Source: Candidatus Saccharimonadales bacterium (lineage in GTDB: Bacteria > Patescibacteriota > Saccharimonadia > Saccharimonadales > UBA4665). From it: a stretch of 64,000 nucleotides of DNA. Within the stretch, counting starts at the first letter, position 1, and each line of letters starts with the position of its first letter. Where the stretch lies: contig DASZVS010000014.1 of NCBI GenBank assembly GCA_035546975.1, forward strand, positions 124,029 to 188,028, written 5' to 3'. The position numbers and the translations under genes are program-made. Positions 1-10,384 of this stretch are shown here, piece after piece. The notes under the pieces were generated by a model, which searched no databases, was not told the DNA's origin, and worked only from the letters and a program-made list of their open reading frames with translations.

Positions 1-1770
1 TGCCAGAGGCTTAGCCTTTTTGTTTTCGCCTGCCGGATCGTAAGTCAAGTAGTAACAGCCGAGCACAATATCTTGCTCGATATGCAAGATCGGCGAACCG
101 TCTGCCGGCTTCAGCAGGTTGCGGTTAGCAGCCATGATGTTGCGGGCTTCGTCTTGCGCTTTAATGCTCAATGGCAAGTGGACGGCCATTTGGTCGCCGT
201 CAAAGTCGGCATTGAAACCTTTACATACCAGCGGGTGCAGCTGGATGGCACGGCCTTCGATGAGTACCGGCTGGAAAGCCTGAATACTGAGGCGGTGCAG
301 CGATGGGGCGCGGTTCAAGAGCACGTATTTGCCTTTAATAACCTCGTCCAAGGCATCCCAGACAACCGTCTCGCCCATTTCGATGAGGCGTGAGGCGCTG
401 CGGATATTGTGCGCCTGTTCGCGCTGGATCAGTTCGCCGATGACGAATGGCTTGAACAACTCAAGCGCCATCATTTTCGGCAAACCGCACTGGTTAATCT
501 TTAGTTCAGGGCCGGCCACAATAACGGAACGGCCGGAGTAGTCAACGCGTTTACCGAGCAGGTTCTGGCGGAAACGCCCCTGCTTGCCTTTTAGCATGTC
601 ACTAAGAGACTTCAGGCGGCGGCGCTGGCCGGTAGCGGCTACGGCCCGGCCGCTGCGGGCGCTGTTATTGTCAATCAAAGCATCGACGGCCTCCTGAAGC
701 ATGCGCTGCTCGTTGCGGCGAATTACTTCGGGAGCATTCAGGTCAATTAATTTCTTCAGGCGGTTGTTGCGGTTAATCACGCGACGGTACAAATCGTTTA
801 AATCGGATGTTGCAAACCGGCCGCCAGTTAATTGCACCATGGGGCGCAGGTCTGGAGGGATTACCGGTAATACGCTCACGCACATGGAGCCCGGCTTAAT
901 GCCGGCGCGGTCCATGCTTTCAAGCAAGCGCAACCGCTTCATCAGCTTCTTCTTGCGCTGGCCCTTGGCGTCTTCGGCGTCTTTTGTCAGATCTTCAATA
1001 AGTTGCTTCAGATCAATCTCTTCAAGCAACTCTTTGAGCGCTGCGCCGCCCATGCCGACAGTAATCAAGCTGCGGAGGTCATCGGGCAGGTTGCGGTAAT
1101 CGGTCTCATTGATGAGGCTGAAGCGCTCCAGGCCGGTAAGTTGTTCACGGTAGGTTTCGAAGTCTTTAGTAAGCTGCTCCGTTTCCTTGGTCTGCATCTC
1201 GGCCAGGGCCTTCACGTTGGCATCTTCTGCTTCGGCCTCTTTTTCGTAGCGAATTTTAATAGCCTCTTTGGCAGCCGCAAATTCAGCTTCCTTGTCAGCC
1301 AATAGCTGGTCACGCTTCTTAGTATCAACCGTTTTGATGATGTAGCTGGCGAAGTAAGCGACACGTTCCAGGTTCTTGACAGTCATGCCGAGCAAAAGAC
1401 CCATGGCGCTCGGAGTACCGCGGAGAAACCAAATGTGCGACACAGGAACAGCCAAGCTAATATGACCCATGCGTTCGCGGCGGACAATACTGCGGGTTAC
1501 CAGCTCGCCTTTCTTATCGACGGCAGCTTCGCGGCTGCGTACGCCTTTATATTTGGCGTCATGCGGGTTAATATCTTTGACCGGGCCAAAGATACGTTCG
1601 CAAAACAGCCCGTCGCGTTCCGGTTTCTGGGTACGGTAGTTAATGGTTTCTGGTTTGGTGACTTCGCCGTAGCTCCAGTCGAGGATATCTTCCGGAGAAG
1701 CTACCGCTAGGCGGACGGCATCAAAGTCAGCAATATCGGTTCCGTTGTTGCTATAGCGTTGCGGACTCAT
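1..1770 (-). CDS. rpoC: DNA-directed RNA polymerase subunit beta' (5' part; gene runs off the left edge)
   Basis: Absent from the ORF track because there is no stop in the window. Hand translation of the minus strand from the ATG at 1770-1768 gives [66 protein letters not shown]..., a canonical beta' N-terminus. The start overlaps the rpoB stop (TAATG). I translated only about the first 130 codons and assume the frame stays open to the edge. Confidence 0.9.
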   Translation of the reverse strand, partial: MSPQRYSNNGTDIADFDAVRLAVASPEDILDWSYGEVTKPETINYRTQKPERDGLFCERIFGPVKDINPHDAKYKGVRSREAAVDKKGELVTRSIVRRERMGHISLAVPVSHIWFLRGTPSAMGLLLGMTVKNLERVAYFASYIIKTVDTKKRDQLLADKEAEFAAAKEAIKIRYEKEAEAEDANVKALAEMQTKETEQLTKDFETYREQLTGLERFSLINETDYRNLPDDLRSLITVGMGGAALKELLEEIDLKQLIEDLTKDAEDAKGQRKKKLMKRLRLLESMDRAGIKPGSMCVSVLPVIPPDLRPMVQLTGGRFATSDLNDLYRRVINRNNRLKKLIDLNAPEVIRRNEQRMLQEAVDALIDNNSARSGRAVAATGQRRRLKSLSDMLKGKQGRFRQNLLGKRVDYSGRSVIVAGPELKINQCGLPKMMALELFKPFVIGELIQREQAHNIRSASRLIEMGETVVWDALDEVIKGKYVLLNRAPSLHRLSIQAFQPVLIEGRAIQLHPLVCKGFNADFDGDQMAVHLPLSIKAQDEARNIMAANRNLLKPADGSPILHIEQDIVLGCYYLTYDPAGENKKAKPLA

Positions 1771-4700
1771 TATTTTGCCTCCTCTTCTTCATCATTATCA
1801 TCAGCATCGTCACTCGTAACAGATGCTGGTGTCAGTTCGTTTGTATCAGCTTCTACTGCAGTAGTTTCTTCAGTGGCCTCGAATTCGTCGCCAACCGATT
1901 CTTCGGTAACATCGACTTCGGAAATTGCCGCGTGCGGCACGTCAACCTCTGCCGGATGCGTAGCTTCATCGTGAATGTTGCTAGCAAGTACATCCTCGGC
2001 ATCTACCATTTGATCGGAATGGATGAGGTCGACTTTAAGGCTGAGACCCTGTAATTCTTTAACCAGGACATTAAAGCTTTCCGGTACTTTCGGGCCGACA
2101 ATCGGCGTCTTCTTAATGATCGACTCATAGGCCTTTGAGCGGCCATAGACATCATCGGACTTAATAGTCAGCATTTCCTGCAAGGTGCTGGCAGCACCGT
2201 ATGCTTCAAGCGCCCAGACTTCCATTTCGCCGAAGCGCTGGCCGCCGTTCTGGGCTTTACCGCCGAGCGGCTGCTGGGTAACCATGGTGTATGGGCCAGT
2301 AGAGCGGGCATGGATCTTGTCGGCTACCATGTGGTTGAGCTTAATCATGTACATACTGCCGACCGTGACGCGCTCTTTGAAAGCATCGCCGGTGCGACCA
2401 TCATACAAAACTTGTTTGCCGTCTTCAGGCAGGCCCGCTTCCTTTAGCAGTTCCTGTATTTTTTCGCCGGATACGCCGTTAAACGACGGGCTGGCAACTT
2501 TCATTCCGAGCGCCCGGGCGGCCATACCGAGGTGTGTCTCGAACAGCTGGCCGACATTCATGCGCGATGGCACGCCGAGCGGGTTCAGAATGATATCTAC
2601 CGGGGTGCCGTCAGCCATAAATGGCATGTCTTCGACTGGCAAAATCCGGGCAATAACACCCTTGTTGCCGTGGCGTCCGCCGAGCTTATCGCCGACAGCA
2701 ATCTTACGCATCTGAGCCACGAAGACCTGGATCTGCTTGATGACGCCGGCCTTCAGCTCATGGCCGTTTTCACGGCTAAATACCTTCACGCCGACAACTT
2801 TACCGTGCTTGCCGTTACTCATACGCTGGGAGGTATCACGGACTTCCTTGGCTTTTTCACCGAAGATTGCACGCAGCAACCGCTCCTCAGAGCTAAGCTC
2901 CTGTTCGCCTTTCGGCGTAATTTTACCGACTAGGATATCGCCTGGATGCACTTCTGCGCCGATGCGGACAATACCGTCCTCATCAAGGTGGCGCAACGTT
3001 TCTTCGGAAACGTTCGGGATATCAGAAGTAATGATCTCAGGGCCAAGCTTGGTCTCGCGGACTTCGATCATGAAGTCAACAATATGTACCGAGGTCAGCG
3101 TATCGTCCTCAACCAATTTACGGCTGATGATGATAGCATCCTCGAAGTTGTACCCGGACCACGGCATAAAGGCAGTGATTAGGTCTTTGCCGAGTGCCAA
3201 CTCGCCGTCTTGGATCGACATGCCCTCAATTAGTACATCGCCAGCTTTGACTTTATCGCCAGTAGTGACATATACTTTCTGATTTATAGAGGTGCCTTCG
3301 TTGCTGCGAACGAAACGCTGAGGCTCGTAAGTCTTAGAGCCCTCTTTGTACTTCACGACAACTTCTTGGGCGGTGGCTTTCGTAACTTCGCCGGTGCCTT
3401 CAGCCAAAACAACCTGGCCGGTATTATGTGCGGCAGGCTCTTCCAGGCCGGTGCCGACAATCGGGCTGCTCGGCTGGATTAGCGGTACAGCTTGGCGCTG
3501 CTGGTTACTACCCATGAGCGAACGGTACACGTAGTTCTTTTCAATGAATGGGATTAGCCCGGCCGAAGAACCAATAATCTGGTTGCGGGATGCATCAATG
3601 TGCGTAACCTCGTTGGCGTCCACTTCGCCTGAATTCAGGTACGAGCGGGCGCTGACGCGCTCGCTTGCAAAGTAGCCGTCTTCGTCGATTTCCGTACCGC
3701 CGCCGGCAATGATTGCTGCACCTTCCTCAGCTGCATCGAGATATACGACTTCATTCGTCACTTTCGCCTTAACCGGCCAAGTGGCACGGTCTTTGACCTT
3801 TGCCAAGCGGGCTGCCTGTGCAGCAGTAACTTTGGCATCCTTTTTGACAATAACAGTGCCTTTATCGTCCGCGAGATCTTCGCGGGCAATATAACCAGTA
3901 ATGTCTTTTGCGGCCACAGCATTCACTACCTTGCGGTATGGGGTTTCAATGAAACCGTAATCATTCACACGGGCAAAGTTAGCAAGGTTCAAAACCAGGC
4001 CGATGTTGGCGCCTTCGGGCGTTTCAACGGCGCAAATGCGGCCGTAGTGCGTGGCGTGCGCATCGCGCACTTCAAAGCCGGCACGTTCGCGGGAAAGGCC
4101 GCCGGGACCCATTGAACTGAGGCGCCTCTTGTGCGCAAGCTCGCTGAGGGGGTTGATCTGGTCCATAAACTGGCTAAGCTGGCTACTCGCGAAAAATTCG
4201 CGGACAGCGGCAACAACCGGGCGGGCATTAATTAGCTGGCCGGGCGTTACCGTTTCAATCTCGCTCATACTCATGCGGTCCTTGGTGTTGCGTTCCATGC
4301 GGAGTAAACCGATACGGAACTGCCGCTGGACAAGTTCGCCAACGAGCTTTACGCGGCGGTTAGACAGGCTATCAATGTCGTCTGCCGGTTCCTGCGTATT
4401 GTTTAGCCGTATCAGTTCGGCAACGATAGCCTCAATGTCTTCCAGCCGCATAACGCGGTTTTTCGTGGTATTAGGCACATCAAGATCCAGGCGCTTATTG
4501 AGCTTATAGCGGCCCACGCGGGAAAAGTCGAAGCGCTTGAAATTGTAGAACATGTTTTCGATGGTAGTTTTAGCGCTATCAACGGTAGCCAGGTCGCCGG
4601 GCCGAAGGCGGCGATAGACTTCGATGAGCGCATCATTTTGGCCATGTGTCGGATCTTTCTCAAGTGTTGCATCAAGGTAGCTGGCTTTGCCGGTATCAAC

Positions 4701-5321
4701 ATGCTTGAATGTTTCGCGCATGCGGCTTTCAGTCACACCGAGCGCGCGCAAAAGTGTAGTTACAGGGATTTTGCGCTTGCGGTCGATCTTTACGTATAAC
4801 GCACCGTTTGGAGCAGTCTCAAACTCGAGCCATGCACCGCGGCCAGGGATAACCTTGGCGCCGTACAAGCTGGTAGTACCATGTGGCTCGGCTGTGAAGA
4901 AAACGCCGGCAGAACGGATCAGCTGGCTGACAACTACGCGCTCAGCGCCGTTAATTACAAATGTGCCGCGCGATGTCATCCACGGATAATCGCCAAGATA
5001 AATTTCCTGGTCTTTAACTTCACCGGTAACTTTATTAGTCAGCTCGACCGTCGCCATCAGTGGCGCTTCATAGCTGACATTATTCTCGCGCGCCATCGCT
5101 TCGGTAAGCTTCGGATCGCCGAAATGATAGTCCTTAAAACTAAGCGACAATTTGCCGCCAGTATAGTCATCTATCGGGCTGATCTCTTCCAGCAATTCGC
5201 CGAGGCCCTCTTCCACGAACCATGTAAAAGAACGGTTCTGGTGGTCTACCAGGCTCGGCAAATCGAGCGAATCTCCGGTGTTAGTAAAATATACGCGCTT
5301 CTTAATAGCTGCTTTGGCCAT
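1770..5321 (-). CDS. rpoB: DNA-directed RNA polymerase subunit beta, with an acidic C-terminal tail
   Basis: 1183-aa ORF with typical beta-subunit blocks ([58 protein letters not shown]). An AAGGGGA Shine-Dalgarno lies upstream of the ATG. Confidence 0.97.
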   Translation of the reverse strand: MAKAAIKKRVYFTNTGDSLDLPSLVDHQNRSFTWFVEEGLGELLEEISPIDDYTGGKLSLSFKDYHFGDPKLTEAMARENNVSYEAPLMATVELTNKVTGEVKDQEIYLGDYPWMTSRGTFVINGAERVVVSQLIRSAGVFFTAEPHGTTSLYGAKVIPGRGAWLEFETAPNGALYVKIDRKRKIPVTTLLRALGVTESRMRETFKHVDTGKASYLDATLEKDPTHGQNDALIEVYRRLRPGDLATVDSAKTTIENMFYNFKRFDFSRVGRYKLNKRLDLDVPNTTKNRVMRLEDIEAIVAELIRLNNTQEPADDIDSLSNRRVKLVGELVQRQFRIGLLRMERNTKDRMSMSEIETVTPGQLINARPVVAAVREFFASSQLSQFMDQINPLSELAHKRRLSSMGPGGLSRERAGFEVRDAHATHYGRICAVETPEGANIGLVLNLANFARVNDYGFIETPYRKVVNAVAAKDITGYIAREDLADDKGTVIVKKDAKVTAAQAARLAKVKDRATWPVKAKVTNEVVYLDAAEEGAAIIAGGGTEIDEDGYFASERVSARSYLNSGEVDANEVTHIDASRNQIIGSSAGLIPFIEKNYVYRSLMGSNQQRQAVPLIQPSSPIVGTGLEEPAAHNTGQVVLAEGTGEVTKATAQEVVVKYKEGSKTYEPQRFVRSNEGTSINQKVYVTTGDKVKAGDVLIEGMSIQDGELALGKDLITAFMPWSGYNFEDAIIISRKLVEDDTLTSVHIVDFMIEVRETKLGPEIITSDIPNVSEETLRHLDEDGIVRIGAEVHPGDILVGKITPKGEQELSSEERLLRAIFGEKAKEVRDTSQRMSNGKHGKVVGVKVFSRENGHELKAGVIKQIQVFVAQMRKIAVGDKLGGRHGNKGVIARILPVEDMPFMADGTPVDIILNPLGVPSRMNVGQLFETHLGMAARALGMKVASPSFNGVSGEKIQELLKEAGLPEDGKQVLYDGRTGDAFKERVTVGSMYMIKLNHMVADKIHARSTGPYTMVTQQPLGGKAQNGGQRFGEMEVWALEAYGAASTLQEMLTIKSDDVYGRSKAYESIIKKTPIVGPKVPESFNVLVKELQGLSLKVDLIHSDQMVDAEDVLASNIHDEATHPAEVDVPHAAISEVDVTEESVGDEFEATEETTAVEADTNELTPASVTSDDADDNDEEEEAK

Positions 5322-5541
5322 ACGTCTCTATACATCCCCTTGTTTTACGTTGATACCCCAAAACACGACCAAATATTGCCCACTGATCGTAATCCTGGAA
5401 ATTTTGTTTGATAATAATATCTGTTGTTATTTGATTCGGCCGAAGATCCTAAGCGAGGCGTTTTGGCTCTATTTTTTGGCAATAGACTACCCGGCTTACA
5501 CTACTTCTTGCTGTCTATTGTGAGGCAAATCAGCCTGGCTG

Positions 5542-6105
5542 TCAAGCTTCCGTGGCAGGAAAAACGTAGAGCTGCGATACACGGCCGGCGCGGGCCACGT
5601 CGTATACGTCTTCTGTATCGCCTGCGGCCAATTGTCCCGGCTCGCCGACAGGGGTCATAAAGCGCTCCAAGCCTTGCGGCGAGTTCGGATGTCCCCCAAC
5701 AATGGCAACCATGGCCGTTTGGCCGGCGCGGGACAGCAGCTCTCTTGCTACTTCCTCATGTGCTTCCAACCCTTCCCGCAAACGCAGCCAATAGTCAACA
5801 TCGTTACCAGTAAATACACCTTTCTCAGGATGAACGATTTGTTGGCCATGGATAACGGTCGCTATGCCTATTGCTATATTCCCGCGTCGTATAATGCTAG
5901 CCTCGACTGGGGTCTCATGATCACGCCACCCTTTTGCTATACGGGTGATATTTTTAGCGCCTTTTAGTACGGATTGATAGCGCTCGACTGTTCCCGGCTG
6001 CACAGCCTGAAGCCAGCCGCGCTCGCGATTAATGAGCGGCTTTAAGCTTCGGGCCTGGGAAAGGGCTCCGTATTCGTGCTCGCTGAATGGCTCAAGTTTT
6101 ATCAC
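5542..6105 (-). CDS. hypothetical protein, weak acetyltransferase-like pattern
   Basis: 187-aa ORF whose start overlaps the upstream ORF stop by 4 nt. The N-terminus IKLEPFSEHEY and a beta-strand/helix pattern resemble RimJ/RimL-type GNATs. The Q/RxxGxG/A motif is not clearly present. Confidence 0.5.
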   Translation of the reverse strand: MIKLEPFSEHEYGALSQARSLKPLINRERGWLQAVQPGTVERYQSVLKGAKNITRIAKGWRDHETPVEASIIRRGNIAIGIATVIHGQQIVHPEKGVFTGNDVDYWLRLREGLEAHEEVARELLSRAGQTAMVAIVGGHPNSPQGLERFMTPVGEPGQLAAGDTEDVYDVARAGRVSQLYVFPATEA

Positions 6106-7484
6106 AGGACACCTCTTTCGCCGGTCAAACCGGTCAATCTTAATATGGTTGCCTGCTCTTCGTGATGCGCTCTCTCCAGCGCTCTTTGCTGGCTGCGCTT
6201 CGTTCTCTTAGCCGGATTGGATAACCTTTTCTGTATAACGGCGTGTCGAATTTGCGCCTTATTCAGTACCCCGTAAAAGTCGTCAAGCATCTTTTCTGAC
6301 AGCGACGTAAAGCCCTTCTCGTCCATAATACGCCACACCTGCATCCAAGCCTGGTCGAGGCTTATTTCATTGCTCACCCCGTCTACTGTTACTTTTCCAT
6401 CAATTACGCTTGCCACCATTGAGTCAATGAATTCAGCCCTAACACTACCGGCTACGAGCGGATCCGAAACTTCTAAAAACTCCTGCATATCCGATGATAC
6501 TACCCAATGGCTAGCGTCGACGGTAGCTTGGCGTAAATTGTCCCCGTAGATAATCACCGACCGCACGAGCTGCTGCACTTCCTTGCCGAAATCTCCCTGC
6601 GCTTTCGTCGCCGCCTCACTTCCTTTAGCAAGACCTTCGCCGCTGTATGGCACGCCTAATTCTTTAAAAATACCAAAGAACGGTACGCGTGCGCCTTCAT
6701 AACGTGAAGCCAACGCTGCGACAAACGCCTGGACGGCTTCGGTTCCATAGATGACAGCCTGCGGTAATAAACTTTTATTTTCTTCAGCGAATTTAAATAA
6801 GGCTTCCGCCTCTTGGGCTGTATCAGCAAAGCCGAGCTGGTCAACCGGAGCGCCAGGCGCTTCAAAAGCGCCAACCTCTACGGTCGAGCGGCCAGAGCCA
6901 AATCTGGGAGTACGCCGAATACTGTCGGCATCCAAAGCCCCTTCGGCAAGGTAAATGCTCGTAAAAATATCTCTGATAGCAAGCTGTAAGCTATGCACAT
7001 TGCCCCTCTTGGAACGGTGAACCCCAGCTACGTCAGGCTCGGAAAGGTCCGGCCTTTTTCGCAGCTCCAGAACAGAGAGAGCAGGCTTGCGATCCCGAAC
7101 CCCCGTCGTAATAACGATAGGGTGCTGCTCGGTGTATGCATAATGATTGAGAGCATCAACGTCATTCATAAGGTCGAAAAATTCACCCCTGTCTCTACCA
7201 TCAAGCACCATCTGAGCCTCTAATGTTTCACTTGCCGGTGCCTCAGTTATGGACGCTAGTGCGGCATGACCAGCGGACCGCAAACTATCCAGCCTTTCTT
7301 TTGCGGCTGTTTCGCTGGCAGTAGTCCGCTCAAGGCGCACTTCTGCGGCCTGGAGCATAGACACCGCTCTTTCTCGCGTATCCGTAGCTCTCTCTACTCC
7401 AACTTGGGCTTCTTGAAGCGGCCCTGAAAACATTTCGACTAACTCTGCTGGCGACATTGAACTGCTCTGGATTTCTTCGGGCAT
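6102..7484 (-). CDS. hypothetical protein (460 aa, N-terminal coiled-coil-like region)
   Basis: Long ORF with a good SD (AGGAAGGTG) before the ATG and its own promoter-like element upstream. I recognise no family motif. Confidence 0.6.
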   Translation of the reverse strand: MPEEIQSSSMSPAELVEMFSGPLQEAQVGVERATDTRERAVSMLQAAEVRLERTTASETAAKERLDSLRSAGHAALASITEAPASETLEAQMVLDGRDRGEFFDLMNDVDALNHYAYTEQHPIVITTGVRDRKPALSVLELRKRPDLSEPDVAGVHRSKRGNVHSLQLAIRDIFTSIYLAEGALDADSIRRTPRFGSGRSTVEVGAFEAPGAPVDQLGFADTAQEAEALFKFAEENKSLLPQAVIYGTEAVQAFVAALASRYEGARVPFFGIFKELGVPYSGEGLAKGSEAATKAQGDFGKEVQQLVRSVIIYGDNLRQATVDASHWVVSSDMQEFLEVSDPLVAGSVRAEFIDSMVASVIDGKVTVDGVSNEISLDQAWMQVWRIMDEKGFTSLSEKMLDDFYGVLNKAQIRHAVIQKRLSNPAKRTKRSQQRALERAHHEEQATILRLTGLTGERGVL

Positions 7485-7510
7485 AACACCTTCCTGTCTT
7501 ACGCTCGTCT

Positions 7511-7538
7511 ACTATACCGCAATAACGTTAACTTGCAA
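7511..7538 (-). promoter_or_regulatory. sigma70-type promoter candidate for the 460-aa/187-aa gene pair
   Basis: On the minus strand: TTGCAA (7538-7533), 16-nt spacer, TATAGT (7516-7511), about 25 nt upstream of the ATG at 7484. Confidence 0.4.
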
Positions 7539-7603
7539 ACCGCGCAAGTATAGGGTTGCGTGAAGCCGCAAAAGCCTGCTTAGCGGCAGTCTTTCCTTTT
7601 ATT

Positions 7604-8221
7604 TTATTTGCCCTGCTCTTTAGGCGGGTTTTGAATGACAGCATCAACGAGGCCGTATTTCTTGGCTTCCGCCGCGGTCAGCCACTTGTCGCGTTCCATA
7701 TCTTCATGGATTTTCTTAGCGGTCTGGGCGGTATTTTTGGCCATAATTTCTTCGAGCAATTTCTTAATACGCAAAGATTCGCGCAGATCAATCTCCTGAT
7801 CGGTAACTTTGCCGCGGGTGCCGGATGATGGTTGGTGAATCATAACGGTGGCATTCGGCAACGCAAAGCGCTTGCCCTTCGTGCCAGAGCTCAAGAGGAA
7901 GGCGGCAGCTGAAGCTTGCACACCGATACCTACTGTCTGTATGTCATTAGTGACATATTGCATGGTGTCATAAATAGCCAGCGCATCGTAAACGCTGCCA
8001 CCGGGGCTATTAATGTAGAAAAAGATGTCTTTCTTGGGGTCTTCTGCCTGCAGGAACAGCAACTGGGCAACAATCAAGTTGGCCGTAGCTTCGTTCACGT
8101 CAGAGCCCAGAAAGATAATCCGGTCTTTTAAGAGGCGCGAATAAATGTCGTAGGCACGCTCATAGCGGCCTTCATTTTCGATAACGGTGGGGATTAAAAC
8201 TTGTGCTTTTGGACTGCTCAT
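7604..8221 (-). CDS. clpP: ATP-dependent Clp protease proteolytic subunit
   Basis: Motifs [31 protein letters not shown], catalytic Ser context [11 protein letters not shown], and IHQP. The ORF-track start at 8257 is a TTG lying inside the CIRCE/-35 element. The ATG at 8221 ([13 protein letters not shown]) gives a normal ClpP N-terminus. Confidence 0.92.
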   Translation of the reverse strand: MSSPKAQVLIPTVIENEGRYERAYDIYSRLLKDRIIFLGSDVNEATANLIVAQLLFLQAEDPKKDIFFYINSPGGSVYDALAIYDTMQYVTNDIQTVGIGVQASAAAFLLSSGTKGKRFALPNATVMIHQPSSGTRGKVTDQEIDLRESLRIKKLLEEIMAKNTAQTAKKIHEDMERDKWLTAAEAKKYGLVDAVIQNPPKEQGK

Positions 8222-8228
8222 ACCATCT

Positions 8229-8257
8229 ATTTTATAGGACGAATTAGCACTCGTCAA
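8229..8257 (-). promoter_or_regulatory. clpP promoter candidate overlapping CIRCE
   Basis: On the minus strand: TTGACG (8257-8252, inside the CIRCE spacer), 17-nt spacer, TAAAAT (8234-8229). The ATG follows 7 nt later. Confidence 0.5.
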
Positions 8258-8270
8258 CCCAGAGTGCTAA
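8244..8270. promoter_or_regulatory. CIRCE inverted repeat (HrcA operator consensus)
   Basis: Exact TTAGCACTC (8244-8252), N9, GAGTGCTAA (8262-8270). Both 9-nt arms match the consensus perfectly. Confidence 0.85.
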
Positions 8271-8594
8271 CTATTCTCCGCCTAGGGCCGCGTAATCGCT
8301 GTCGGGCAAGCCATACAGCTTGCCGAGAATCTGCCCAGCCTGTTCCTGGCGCAAGCCGCCAAAACCGCACTCGCTATAGTTATGGTCGCCGAGAAATATG
8401 CCTGTCAGGCCTTGCATCGCCATGTCGCTATACTCAACGTCCAACGGATAGGGAAAATCAATCAAATTAAGAACCAAGCGTTCGTGAAACGGCGCCCTTG
8501 CAGCCCCAAGCGCATTCAGAATTATTTTTCTGTCCGCTTCGGTCTCGATGATAATCTTATACGTCTCGGCAGCCGGGTCTTTCAGTCTCATCAT
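8271..8594 (-). CDS. hypothetical small acidic protein (107 aa)
   Basis: Strong SD (GGAGGTGA) 4-5 nt before the ATG, sitting between tig and clpP. No recognised motif. Confidence 0.6.
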   Translation of the reverse strand: MMRLKDPAAETYKIIIETEADRKIILNALGAARAPFHERLVLNLIDFPYPLDVEYSDMAMQGLTGIFLGDHNYSECGFGGLRQEQAGQILGKLYGLPDSDYAALGGE

Positions 8595-8604
8595 CTATCA
8601 CCTC

Positions 8605-9894
8605 CTACTTGGCGGGTGAAGCGTAACCGCGGAGCTTATCGATGGTTTTTTCGGTCATCATGCGGGCGTGGATATCGCGGCGGTTTTCATCCTTATCAAG
8701 TTCTGCTTGCATAGCAGGATCCGGATATTGGCCTTTGAGCAGCTGGATCCGAATTTCAAGTTCTTCCGGTGTAATCATGATGTTTTCTTCTTTGGCGATT
8801 TCACCCAGTATGAGGCCGACTTTAACGCGCAGCTCTGCCATCGGGCGTTTCTGTGCACGATGTTCTTCTTCGGTCACGCCTTCATCTTTGAGATGCTCTT
8901 GCCAAGTCTGGCCGCGATAAGCGAGATTTCGCTTTTCTTCGTCCTCCATGCGCGACACTTCCTCTTCAATGAGGCTCTCGGGCAAGGCAACAGTGCTTTT
9001 TTCGGCTATTTTCTCGAGGAGTTCATTGTCATATGCCTGCTGGGCTTGTTGCTGTTGCTCTGCAATAAGCTGTTTCTTTATATCTGCCTTTAACTCAGCC
9101 AGGCTTTTAAACGGGCCGGCGGTTTTAGCAAAGGCATCGTCCAGTTTCGGCTTTACCAGTTCCTGAACCTTCAATACGGTCACGTCAAAATTTACTTTGC
9201 GGTTTTGAAGGCTCGTAGCGCCATAGTCTTTGGGGAAAGTTAGTACAAAAGATTTCTTTTCACCGGGTTTTAAGCCTACTAGCTCTTCTTCGAAACCCGG
9301 GATAAAGGTTTTACTGCCTAGAACCAGCGGATATTCACTGCCGTCGGCGCCCTGGATAGCTTCTTTGGTCTTGGCATCCGTGCCCTTGAAATTAATAACT
9401 ACTTCATCATCCAGTTTAGCGGCGCGCTTTACCTCTTTTTTCTCCGCTGAACGGGCGCGTAAATTGTCGAGTACCTGGTCGACGTCTTTGGCAGTGATTT
9501 CTTGTTTTTTAGGGGCAAGCTTGATCGCCTTATAATCTGCGAGTTTCACTTCGCCGACAGTTTCCACGGTGGCAGAAAATTCAAGTGTCGAAAAAGGAAC
9601 GAATTTATCGATAGTGATATCCGGTTGGGCAACCGGGCGAAGGTTTTCACGCTCAACCGCGTCTACGTATAGGCGGTTTACCGCTTGTTCTAAAAACTCT
9701 GTCTGGAGCTGGGCTGCATCAACCTGTTTTTCAATGAGGTTATTAGGGGCCTTGCCTTCACGGAAGCCTTGGATCTTAACGTGCTGGCCGAGATGCTCCA
9801 ACACTTGCTGCTTGATGTTATCGAGCTCCGCCTGGGAGGCGCTAACGGTTACTTTGAGTTTTGTTGGTTCGAGCTGTTCCTTCTGTACTTGCAT
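8605..9894 (-). CDS. tig: trigger factor
   Basis: 429 aa with trigger-factor layout: N-terminal ribosome-binding region with GFREGKAP, a central FKBP-like part and a helical C-terminal domain. Confidence 0.9.
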   Translation of the reverse strand: MQVQKEQLEPTKLKVTVSASQAELDNIKQQVLEHLGQHVKIQGFREGKAPNNLIEKQVDAAQLQTEFLEQAVNRLYVDAVERENLRPVAQPDITIDKFVPFSTLEFSATVETVGEVKLADYKAIKLAPKKQEITAKDVDQVLDNLRARSAEKKEVKRAAKLDDEVVINFKGTDAKTKEAIQGADGSEYPLVLGSKTFIPGFEEELVGLKPGEKKSFVLTFPKDYGATSLQNRKVNFDVTVLKVQELVKPKLDDAFAKTAGPFKSLAELKADIKKQLIAEQQQQAQQAYDNELLEKIAEKSTVALPESLIEEEVSRMEDEEKRNLAYRGQTWQEHLKDEGVTEEEHRAQKRPMAELRVKVGLILGEIAKEENIMITPEELEIRIQLLKGQYPDPAMQAELDKDENRRDIHARMMTEKTIDKLRGYASPAK

Positions 9895-9902
9895 AGGGGG
9901 CT

Positions 9903-9911
9903 AGTGTAACA
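9903..9911 (-). promoter_or_regulatory. extended -10 element (TGTTACACT) 8 nt upstream of the tig ATG
   Basis: The reverse complement of 9903-9911 reads TGTTACACT. The tig ATG is at 9894-9892. Confidence 0.4.
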
Positions 9912-9928
9912 CTTCTTGGAAGTTTTTT

Positions 9929-10384
9929 CTAGCGTAAGAACGGCACCAGCAAAACGAGTGCCGCCGCAAACCAAGCTATTTCAACCACTGCGCCGATTGG
10001 CCGTTCAAACCACTGGATGCCGTGTGCCACTTTCGTATAAAGCCCCTGTTTCCATTGTTGGCCGCGGCGGGTTTTTATGTAGCCGCCGATAGAAAGCATA
10101 TCGGGCGAGGTTGCGATAAAAGCGCAAACCGAGGCCAGGAACCAATGTTCAGGACGGAATATAGCCAGTCCGGCAACCAGTAGCAAGCACAAACTCGCAT
10201 CAACGACTAGATAATTGCGAAACCACTTTGACTTTAACAGCTTGTCTGCAGACATATCACGCTTAAAATGCGGGATAACATCACAGATATAATGCGACGC
10301 CAGCGCGGCCGGCACCGCGATCAACGGTTCGCCGATAACCAAACCGATAATAGCACCGGTCAGCGCATGGTTCGTTGCCGTCAT
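9929..10384 (-). CDS. membrane protein, YdjM/DUF457-like putative metal-dependent hydrolase
   Basis: 151 aa with several hydrophobic helices. N-terminal NHALTG and SHYICDVIPH His/Asp pattern. ATGA overlap with the hisS stop. Confidence 0.45.
   Translation of the reverse strand: MTATNHALTGAIIGLVIGEPLIAVPAALASHYICDVIPHFKRDMSADKLLKSKWFRNYLVVDASLCLLLVAGLAIFRPEHWFLASVCAFIATSPDMLSIGGYIKTRRGQQWKQGLYTKVAHGIQWFERPIGAVVEIAWFAAALVLLVPFLR

Noticed and set aside
8222-8257. Longer clpP version starting at the TTG at 8257.
   Set aside because: The TTG is part of the CIRCE spacer/-35 hexamer. The extra 12 residues have no counterpart in ClpP N-termini, and the ATG at 8221 gives the normal distance to the LIPTVIE motif.
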